DNA of 64,000 nucleotides, taken from assembly GCF_009914755.1 (NCBI RefSeq), contig NC_060930.1. One strand, 5' to 3'. The notes under the pieces were generated by a model. The model searched no databases. It had not been told where the DNA came from and worked only from the letters and a program-made list of their open reading frames with translations. This stretch comes from the human T2T-CHM13v2.0 reference genome, Homo sapiens. Shown piece by piece: positions 13,621 through 23,572 of the stretch; the first letter of the stretch is position 1, and each line of letters opens with the position of its first letter. A program made the translations under genes and the position numbers.

Positions 13621-16206
13621 TTCATCAAAATGATCTCTAGTCAATAGCTATGGAAATACTTCAAGGATATAGGTACTATAGGAATGCAAAGTGTTGATAT
13701 TTCTTTATTAGATTGTGTAAATATTGTATGCACATTTTTACTTAGAAAGTATGTCTTTTGAATTATGCATATTAAGATTTTATATTGAATCTGTAACTGT
13801 ATAATCACGTATATATAACAATCTATGTGTAGGGACATGGTCCTTTTTGTAAAATTCATCACTTTTTTAAATACTCTGACCACTTGACAATATGCTTGAC
13901 CTTTTTACAGATTATTCTTTAGTGTAATATTCAATATATATAATAAATTACAAGAGTCAGTATTTCAATTGTAGATATTTCACTGGGACCCGGTTGAGGA
14001 AAAGTATATAAAACACATTACACAGCATTGCATTTTGAAATAATAAAACTTTTGCAACACTGTAACTAAATATAATGACATCTTGTCAAATATAGTATTT
14101 TCTTTTTATCTTTAAAAAGCCAAAAGCCATTTTGAGGCAAAACAGGCTAAATGAGATTTCTTTAAACCAAATGTGCATTGGCAGCTTTTTAAATTTTGGG
14201 TTGTGTTTGTGTTTTGTCAACTTTATATTACATATATATTTTTAAACAACTTTATTGAGGTATAATTGAAGTACAATATTCTGTACATATTTAAATACAA
14301 TTTTATCAGTTTTGACATGTTTACACACTGGTGAAACCATCACCACAATCAAGATAAAGAACATTTCTGTTATCCTCAAAACATTCCTCAGAGCCCCTTT
14401 GCCATCTTCTCTCCTTCCAACCCCGTCCCCAGGAAACCACTGACTTGTCTTTTCTCACTATAAATTAGTTTGCATCTCTAGAGTTTTATATAAATAGAAT
14501 CATAAGCATACACAGTTTTTTGGCCTGGCTTCTTCACTGAGTATATTTTTGCAATTCATCTGTGTCATTGTGTGTATGAAAATTTTGTTCTTTTTTCTTT
14601 CCCTTCGCTCAGTAGGCATTATGTGGATAACGATGCCATCCTTTGCTTATCCATTCACCCATTTGTTGGACACTTGCATTGTTTCCACTTAATGGCTATT
14701 ACAAATAAAGCTGCCATGATCATTTGTATACAAATCCTTGTGTGGAAATATCTTTTCCTTTCTTTTGGGTAAATATCTAGGCCTGGAATAATTGGATTAT
14801 ATGGTATGCTTAATTATTTATGATGCTGCCAACGTGTTTTCCAAAATGATTATACCATGTTACATTCCCACCAGCAGTGAATAAGAGTTCTGGTTGCCCA
14901 AAGTCATTGTCGGTGTTTGGTATGGTCAGTCTTTTTAACCAATCTGCATAACCAATCTAATGGATATGCAGTATCACTTAATATTTTATTTGCTTTCCTA
15001 TAGGCACGAATGATGCCTGTATGTTTTATGCACTTTTGTCCATTTGCTTATCTTTTGCGAAGTGTCCGTTCAAATATTTTGTCCATTTTTCTAAACACTT
15101 CAGTTGTGTCTTATTATTTAACTGCAAAAGTACTTTATAATAATTTTGAATACAAGTCCTTCATCTGATATTTGTTTGGAGAAAATTTTCTTCCACAATA
15201 TAGCTTGCCTTTTCATTTTTTCGTGATTTTTTAAGAACAAAAGTTTTAGATTTTGATGAAGTCTGATTTATCAGTTTTAGCTTGTAAGTTTTGTATTTTT
15301 TGTGTGTTTTATTTAATAAAACTTTGCCTATCATAAGGTTACAGCTGTTTTCTCTAATGTTTTCTTTTAGAAGTTTTATAGTTTTAGGCTGTACATTTAG
15401 GTCTATGATTATTTTTACTCAAATTTTGTTTCGAGTGCGAGGTAAGGATCGTTGTACTTGTTTTTTTCAGTTTTGATTTCCAGTTGACCCAGCATCATTT
15501 GTTGAAATGACTTTCTTTTCTCTGTTGAATTTTCTTGACACCGCTGTCAAAATTCAAGTTATCATATATGCATGGGTCTCTTTCTAAACATTCTATTTTG
15601 TTCCATAGATCTATGTCTCTATTTTTTTTTTGCCAATAATCCACATTCTTGATTACTATAGCTTTATTGTATATCTTGAAGGTTAAGTGAATTCTCTACC
15701 TTTTCACTGTCTAGATCCTTTGCATTTCCATATCAGTTTTAGAAACAAGTTGTCAATTTCTAAAAGAAAAAAAGAAGAAAATCTTGGTATATTTTGTTTG
15801 GAATTACATTGAATCTATAGGTCAGTTTTTGGAGAATTGCCCTTCATGAACATGCCATTTATTTATATATTCTCTAATTTATTATAGCAATTTTTTGTAG
15901 TTTTTAGGCGAGAGGTATTGGGTATATTTACTTAGATTTATTACTAGGTATTCTTCTCTTCTCTCTGCCCAACTACTGTAATAGGAATTTGAAAGAAAAT
16001 CATTTTCATTTTTTTTGCTATGAATACATAATTACAGGATACTTTTTATATTAACATTTATCCTGCACATGGCTTAATTCTTTCATGCTTTATGTAAGTT
16101 TTGGGGAGTTCCTTGCTATTTTCTGTACAAACAATATATGATATGACAATATTGACAGATCTGTTTCTTCCTTTTTGGTTATTATCTGTTTGTTTCTTCT
16201 TTTGTT

Positions 16207-16269
16207 GGGATCAATCATACCCCAAACCTCAGCATCACGCAATATACCAGTGTAACAAACCTGCACGTG
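16207..16269 (+). mobile_element. Short internal fragment of an L1PA16/17-like 3' UTR
   Basis: gggatcaatcataccccaaacctcagcatcacgcaatataccagtgtaacaaacctgcacgtg; no poly(A) and no TSD. Confidence 0.75.
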
Positions 16270-16388
16270 ATTATATGGTTTCCTCCTTTACTAGGTTACT
16301 GTTTTAAATGACATTGATTTCTGCATGTTTAACCAACTTTGCATTTCTAGGAAAAGCCTACTTTTGTTATGATGTATTTTTTTATATA

Positions 16389-16798
16389 CAGCCGTGTCAT
16401 TTAATGACAGGGTTACGTTCTGAGAAGTGTGTCATGAGTCAATTTTGTCATCGTGCAAACATCATAGAGTGTACTTTCACAAACCTGGATAGTAGAGCTT
16501 ACCAGGCTACATGGCAGGGCCTATTGCTCCCAGGCTACAAACCTGTACAGCATGGTACTGTACTGAATACTGTGAGGGAATTGTAACACAATTGTATTTG
16601 TGTATTTAAACATGTCTAAACATATAAAAAAGGTAATGTGTTGAGCTAGGACATTCTGACAGCTACAATGTCACGTCACTGACAGGCTACCATGTCACTA
16701 GGCAACAGGAATTTTTCAGCTCTGTTATAGTTTTATGGGACTATTGTCATATATGTGGTTTATTGTTGACTGAAACATCATTATGCAGCACATGACTG
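16389..16798 (-). mobile_element. Tigger3a (MER7A-type TcMar MITE)
   Basis: TA|cagccgtgtcatttaatgac...cattatgcagcacatgactg|TA, with the Tigger3 internal motif cctattgctcccaggctacaaacctgtacagcatg. Confidence 0.88.
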
Positions 16799-17427
16799 TA
16801 TATAGGGAATTATATTTGATAACATTTTGTATCTTTACATCTATATGAAGTACATTGGAATTTTTTAAAAATAATATTTTTGTTTCATTTTTATGTTAGT
16901 CTTATGCTGGCCTTACAAAACCAAGTTGGGCAGTGATACCAACTTCTTTATCTTCTGAAAATATTTATGTTAGATAAGTGTTATTTATTCCTTGAAACTT
17001 TGCCAGAATTTACTACTGAAAGCATTTTACCCTGGAGTTTTCTTTTAGGAAAGATATTGGATAATTTAATTATATATAATTATACATTATTAATTGTCTT
17101 CATATAATTAATTATATATAGTTGTATATAGTATGTATTATATATATTTGGGCTTATGGGTTGCTGAATTAAATATATATTTGTTATTAAATACATATAT
17201 TGTAACTTTGTTTTTCTTGTGTCAATTTTGGTTAGTGTATTTTTTAAGAAAATTGTCAATTTTATGTAATTGTTGCATATTTTGCTGTAATATTGTATTG
17301 TTACCCCCTTTAAAGTCTATTGGTTCTGTGTCATTCCTGACATTAGTGATTTGTGTCCTTTCTCTCTTTTTCTTATACATTCCAGCTAGGACTTTTTAAA
17401 TTTTATTGATTCTTTTTTCAAGAAACT

Positions 17428-17568
17428 AGATGGCATAGTCTAGTATACACCTAGGGTATATGGTAGATCCTATTGCTCCTATGTTACAAACCTGTACAGT
17501 ACGTTACTATGCTGAATACTGTAGGCAATTATAACATATGCCCTAGGTGTATAGTAGACTATGCCATC
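17428..17568. other. Locally templated insertion: inverted copy of 19985-20093 plus a fold-back arm
   Basis: 17428-17536 is the reverse complement of 19985-20093 (106/109). 17537-17568 is a forward copy of 20061-20092 (30/32). Direct repeat tcaagaaactag lies at 17418-17429 and 17567-17578. Confidence 0.9.
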
Positions 17569-17988
17569 AAGAAACTAGCTATTAGATTTTTGTCTATCTG
17601 TTTTATCTTTCATCGATTTTTGTTTTTTGCTATTTTCTTCCTTCTACATTGAGTCTTTAGACCATGGTTGAATTTAAGTCCAAGATTAAATTACATATTT
17701 TCTGTAATTTTTTTTATTTACAGAAATAAAATTTTTTTCTTCTATTTCTATTTTTTCTATTTCTTTCTATTTCTATTTTTTTTATCTTCATTAGTCTTTT
17801 ATTCCTGCCATGTTTTAGTTTATTTGAATATCTTTTCAAATTCCATTTTTATTTATCTAATGTATTTTGGCTAAATCTCTTTTTGTGTGTGTGTTTTCTG
17901 TAGAAATTTTATTATACATACCAGCCCTTTCAGAGTTTATTTAGAGTTAATATTATGCCATTTCACATAAAAAGTAGAAAAATTTTGG

Positions 17989-18130
17989 GGCTGGGTGCAG
18001 TGGCTCACACCTGTAATCACAGCACTTTGGGAGGCCAAGACAGGAGGATCACTTGAGCCCAGAAGTTTGAGACCAGCTTGGGCAACACACAAAACCTTGC
18101 CTACAAAAATAAAAAAGAATAATTTAAAAA
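17989..18130 (+). mobile_element. Free left Alu monomer (FLAM-C-like)
   Basis: ggctgggtgcagtggctcacacctgtaatc...ggaggatcacttgagccc...gagaccagcttgggcaac followed by an A-rich tail; no right arm. Confidence 0.85.
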
Positions 18131-18969
18131 CAGTAGACAAATTGCAATAATATAAATGATCCTCCACTGACCCTTATGTTGTAATTTTTGTATGTATTGT
18201 ACATATATACATAAAAAAATCCCAACAGATAATAAAATACTGTTTGTTTCAACTAGTTATATGTATTTTAAAGAACTTCAAAAGGAAAAATAATCTTTTG
18301 TATTTACCCAGAAATTTACCATTTCTGTTGCTATTTCTTCATTCCTAAAGATCCACGGTCCTCTCTAGTATTATTTTCATTCAGTGTGGAGAACTTGCAT
18401 TAGCAATCTTATATTCAGCTCTCCTAGTGATGAATTATCTTACTTTTCCTTTATCTAAAAATGCGTTTATTTTGCTTGCATTTCTGAAGAACGTTTTCAC
18501 TAGGTATAGAGTTTGGGGTTGACAATTCTTTTCTTTCAGCCTGTAAAGAAGTTGTCTGCCATCAGGCCTCCATGATTTCTGATGAGAAATCTTCAGTATT
18601 TCCACCCATTCCTGTCTGTGTAATGAGGCATATATTTCTAGCTGTTTTCAATTATTTTTTCTTTATATTTGGTTTTCACCAGTTTAACTGTGATGTGTTT
18701 AGGTGTGATTTTCTTTGGGCTTGTGTATTGCTGAGCTTCTTGAATCTGTACATTTATGGATTTGATTAAATGTGGAAAGCTTTCCAGCATTGTATCTTCA
18801 AACAATTTTCCTTCTCAATCTCTCCTGTCCTTCTGGTACTCCAACCACATTATTTTTGATCTTCGGAAATTTTCCTACAGGTCCCTGAGGTTCTATTCAC
18901 TTATTCTTTATTCTCCACTTTCATTCTCTGTTCTTCATATTAGATTATTTCTATCGAGCTATTTCCAAG

Positions 18970-19364
18970 TGTTAAATTGAGTTTAGCCTAAAGCAGCCTC
19001 CTTACAAATTTTAAGTTCAGCCTAAAGGTTTCTCTGTAAATCGTGAACTAAATGGAGTTGTATACAGACTGCAGTCTACTCTTGTGCCAATCACTGAATG
19101 TTGGCCAGTCCAAGGTGGCCAACTGTCCAAACCATGTTCACATAAGGCAAATGCCAAGCTATAAACAATCCAGCTGCTTCTGAACCTCACTTCTGTTTTC
19201 TGTAGGTCACTTTCCTTTTTCCTATACATAAATCTTCTTCCAGTGCATGGCTATGCTGGAGTCTCTGAGCCTTCTTTGGCTCAGGAGGCTGCCCAATTTG
19301 CAAATCGTTCTTTGCTCAATTAAGCTCTGTTAAACTTAATTCGGCTAAAGTGTTTCTTTTAACA
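18970..19364 (+). mobile_element. MER57-family solo LTR (ERV1)
   Basis: TG...CA ends; tgttaaattgagtttagcctaaagcagcctccttac...gttctttgctcaattaagctctgttaaac...ttcttttaaca. Confidence 0.85.
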
Positions 19365-19419
19365 CACATTTGCTGATTCTTTTCTGCATTGTTTTTACAC
19401 TGCTTTCAAGTTCACCTAG

Positions 19420-19783
19420 CGTTTTAGTCCGTTTTCATACTGCTGATAAAGACATACTCGCGACTGGGTAATTTGTAAAGAAAAAGAGGTTTAATGGACT
19501 CAGAGTTTCATGCGACTGAGGAGGCCACACGATCGTGGTAGAAGGCGAAAAGCACGTCTTACATGACAGCAAGGAAGAGACAGAATGAGAGCCAAGCAAA
19601 AGGGGTTTCTCCTTATAACACCATCAGATCTTGTGAGACTTATTCACTACCATGAGAACAGTATGGGGGAGACCACCCCCACGATTCAATTTTCTCCCAC
19701 TGCGTCCCTGCCACAACATGTGGGAATCATGGGAGCTACAATTCAAGATGAGATTTGGGTGGCGACACAGCCAAACCGTATCA
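19420..19783 (-). mobile_element. THE1 (B/C-like) solo LTR, MaLR
   Basis: tagtccgttttcatactgctgataaagacatac...gagatttgggtggcgacacagccaaaccgtatca; 5-bp TSD cctag at 19415-19419 and 19784-19788. Confidence 0.92.
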
Positions 19784-19808
19784 CCTAGTGAGTTTTTCAT
19801 TTTAAATG

Positions 19809-20183
19809 CAGTAACGTGCTGCATTACAATGTTTTGGTCAACAACAGAATGTATATATGACACTGGTCTCAAGATTATAATGGAGCTGAAAAGTTTCTAT
19901 TACCTAGTGATGGCATAGCCATTGTAATGTCATAGCACAATACATTACCTTTTCTATGTTTAGACACACAAATACATAGCATTGTGTTATAATTGCCTAC
20001 AGTATTCAGCATAGTAACATACTGTACAGGTTTGTAACATAGGAGCAATAGGATCTACCATATACCCTAGGTGTATTGTAGACTATGCCATCTGGGTTTG
20101 TGTAAGTATGATGTTCCCACAATGATGAAATTGTCGAATGACACATTTTTCAGAATGTATCCCCATCAAGTGACACGTGACTG
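19809..20183 (+). mobile_element. Tigger3a (MER7A-type TcMar MITE), donor of the 17.4-kb insertion
   Basis: cagtaacgtgctgcattacaatgttttggtcaac...aagattataatggagctgaaaa...cagaatgtatccccatcaagtgacacgtgactg|TA. Confidence 0.88.
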
Positions 20184-21173
20184 TACTGTATATTTCACTT
20201 CCCAGCAATTTAATTTTTTTATTGTTTATTCTCTATTGAGAATTTTTGTTTTCATTCATTTGAAGAGTGTTCTTACTTATAAAGCATAGTCGTAAGAGCT
20301 GCTTAAACTTTCTTAAACTAGCTAGATCATCAGGTAACTTGAGAGGTTTTTGGTTTTTTTGTCATGAGAATTGGTCTTTTTTTGGTCTACTGAGTAATTT
20401 TGGATGGTATGGATATTGTGAATCTCTGTTGAATACAGTCTGTTAGAACATTCCTAATATACTTATTTTAGCAAGCAATCAGGCCACTTAAATTCAGACT
20501 GTAAGTTGTGTGTCATCTTCTATGAGAGGTAGTTCAAATCTCAGTTGAGTTTTTAAATTCTTGGCTTTATCGGGTTTGTGTCCCTCCTATGCATTTGCAA
20601 TTCAGGGGTTAGAATAAGACTTGTGCAGACAGCTCAAATCTCTGTTTGGCTTCCAAAGCATTTGTGATCTTTATTTGGGACTGTCTCATGTGTGCTTATT
20701 TCAGGAATTATGCTGATAGTTTTGTGAGGTTCATTCACAAATTAAAGGATTCCCTTCGCTTTCTGTTTTATCTGTGGGATTCTCCTTAAACTCTCAGGCT
20801 TGCAGGAGTCTTTCTTTTTGGTTTCTTTTGCCAGAGAAACAGGATTTATCTCAGAGTTTATCTGCTTCTGCAGCTGCCATTTCCTCACCATTTTGCAACT
20901 GAGGTCTACCCTTGAGATCATATTGCACAAGAAAGAAGCAACATGGAAAACTCATCACTGTGCAGTTCACTTTTTCAACTTTTGCCTCTCTTCTATGCTT
21001 GCTTTTGAGAGGTGGTTGTTTTCTTAAATGTATTTTATTCAGTTTTTAGTTGTGATTAGAATGAGGAATGGGCTGCCATGATTGAACTAGAATGTTTATT
21101 AATTTTTTTTGCCAGAAAAAATACTGATTATATGTCAAGGTATAGAACCTGTCTTTTAAAATTAACCAAACCA

Positions 21174-21489
21174 AGCCGGGCACAGTGGCTCATGCCTTTT
21201 GAGAGGGCCAGGTGGGAGGATTGCTTGATCCCCGGAGTTTGAGACCAGCCTGAGCAATATAGTGAGACCCTGTCTCCACAAAAAAAAATTTTTAATTTAA
21301 AAATTAGCTGGATGTGGTGGCTTGCACCTGTAAGTTCCAGCTACTCCAGAGGGTAGTAGTTGAGCATGGTAATATGGTAGTACTGAGATGGGAGGATCAC
21401 TGGAGGTCAAGGCTTCAGTGAACCATGATCGTGCCATTGTACTCTAACCTGGGTGACAGAACAAGACCCTGTCTCAAAAAAAAAAAAAA
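21174..21489 (+). mobile_element. Alu (J-like) with an internal deletion and a 30-nt insertion
   Basis: 16-bp TSD aaaattaaccaaacca at 21158-21173 and 21490-21505. Confidence 0.9.
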
Positions 21490-22554
21490 AAAATTAACCA
21501 AACCATTGTGATAGATGAAGTTCTGTCTTCATGAGTCAGTTGTGTAGAAAAGAGCAAAAGTGATTGTTAAATTGTGACTATTACACACACATGCACACAC
21601 ACACAATTTAATAAAATAGCTGCTTGTGATACTTTAGATTTCACATTCCACCTATTCTGTGTACTTAGTATTATTGTCAGTGAGTAAAAGACAACACTGT
21701 GTTTTCCTTCTCCACTGGGTTATTAAAGATAAAACCAATTGTATATTTGAAGTGCTTGGTGCTATCAGAATCAAGATGTATGTAAATTAAAGTGGTATTA
21801 TTTTTCTAATGCATAACTAATTCTTAGATATTGTTAAATCTCTTTACGACTGATTCTTTGAGATGATTTACATATAAGGCTTAGTTAAAAATCAAGTTTA
21901 AAATTAACATTGGTGACAGTGTTTCTTGTTGTCAAGTTCAAATAGTAGGTCAGTGACAACTTCCTTACGAAGTCGAGTTTACATAGTGATACAATATAAA
22001 AATCAAAGGATAAATTACTGTGTTTGATGCACATTTTGGATGTAGTATCGTTTTCTTTTCTTTTTTCCCTCAGAATAATCAAGGGCTAATGTGAATCCTG
22101 TATTATGTATTTCTACTTTTTTGATGGTGATTAGTGACTTTTAAGGAAATGAAAGAATGAGGGCAGCAAGGCCATTTTATGTAGCATTGAAGTTAAATTG
22201 TTCTTTAAAAAAATAAAGGATGTATGGGCATATGATAAACCATAAGATTTTCCATATGCTTATGATACCCTTCTGACCCTGAATTGGATCAAATTATTTA
22301 AATATGGCTCAGATAAGAAGCACATTGCAGTTCAGATGAAAGAGTATCCTAATGGACACTTTCCAAACATTTATTATTCTTGTTTGCCTTTTGAAATTGT
22401 GGGCATAGAAATAGCAAGTCTCTGAATTTATGTTATTATTTGTGAAATGATGAACTATTTAGACATTTTGTTATATGATTATGAGAATTTAAAAAATACT
22501 TATCTGATTAATCTCTAATTTATTGTATCACATGACCTCAGTATTTTACAGTTT

Positions 22555-23050
22555 TCAAAGTTGAGATATAATTGGCACTCGGTAAAATGCACAGATCTTA
22601 AATGTAAAATTCAATGAATTTTCACATAAAGTCTATACACTTTTTACATATATTACCCAGATCAAGATATAAAACATTTCTGTCATTCCTGAAATTTTTA
22701 TTGTACCCTTTTCCTTTCAATAGCTCCCACCCTGCAACTAGAGTCAGTCACACCTTTGTCAGCATAGATTAGTTACCTGCTCTTCAGGTGCATATATATA
22801 TATATAGCAGCATACAGTGTGCACTCTTTTGCATAATGTTTTCAAGATTCATGCATGTGTTGTGTTTTCATCCATGTGTTGTGTGTTATTTCATTTATAT
22901 ATTTGGGGAATATTCAGTTGTATCAATATTCCCCAGTTTCATTGTTCATTTTTCTCTTGCTGGACTTTTGACTCACCTCCATTTTTGAGCTATCATGAGT
23001 AAAGCCACTTAGGACATTCTGTATGTCTTTTTGTGAGACAGTTCTCATTT
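22555..23050 (-). mobile_element. L1ME-like 3' end remnant
   Basis: ttgagatataattggcactcggtaaaatgcacagatcttaaatgtaaaattcaatgaatttt...cccagatcaagatataaaacatttc. Confidence 0.75.
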
Positions 23051-23399
23051 TTTACATTAGATAATAAATTTATTATGAATTCATATGTAAATTTGCCTAG
23101 TTGGATTTCTGTTTCATGTCAACTTTTAGAATATAATTTGCTATGAAAAGTGGTTCCAAAAGGTGAAAGTTACACTAAAAAATTCTAACATTATTTGAAA
23201 GATTATTCTTCCTTTTTTAAAACATGGATTATCCATATTTGATTCTCCTGTGTAAACTGCAAGGAAAATTAAACTTTATAAATCTGTAAAAAGCATATGA
23301 AAATTAAAACACTACACACATGGCATTCTTACTTTTTCCAAACAACTGATGTGACCATTTCTCCCTTCAAGGGCCAGCCACATGGCTCCATATCCTTTC

Positions 23400-23572
23400 T
23401 CCACCATGCTATTTTACTATATTATGGTAAGCAGTGTATTCACCCATCTCCCCATGAGACTGTAAGCTCCCTGGAGACAAAGACCATCTGTGTCTTTTCT
23501 TTTTATCCCTAGCTTCTAGTGCTTTGCCTGGTACATGGTAGGTACACATTCTATGTTGAATGAACTGAACAA
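23400..23572 (+). mobile_element. L2 3' end
   Basis: agactgtaagctccctggagacaaagaccat...tgcctggtacatggtaggtac...tgttgaatgaactgaa. Confidence 0.75.

Larger units (their letters stand above)
14240..21050 (-). mobile_element. Long, fragmented old L1 (L1ME/L1MB-like) hosting Tigger3a, LTR and Alu-monomer insertions
   Basis: Antisense L1M 3' end aactttattgaggtataatt...caccacaatcaagataaagaacatttc; antisense ORF2 motifs (ttacattcccaccagcagtg, cagcatcatttgttgaa, ttgaatctataggtc); more 5' L1-like sequence continues to about 21 kb. The 5' boundary is uncertain. Confidence 0.75.

Noticed and set aside
17428-17568. Interpretation as a new active MITE family or a third Tigger insertion
   Set aside because: It lacks Tigger terminal TIRs and a TA duplication, and it shares private mutations with one neighbouring copy, so local templating explains it better.
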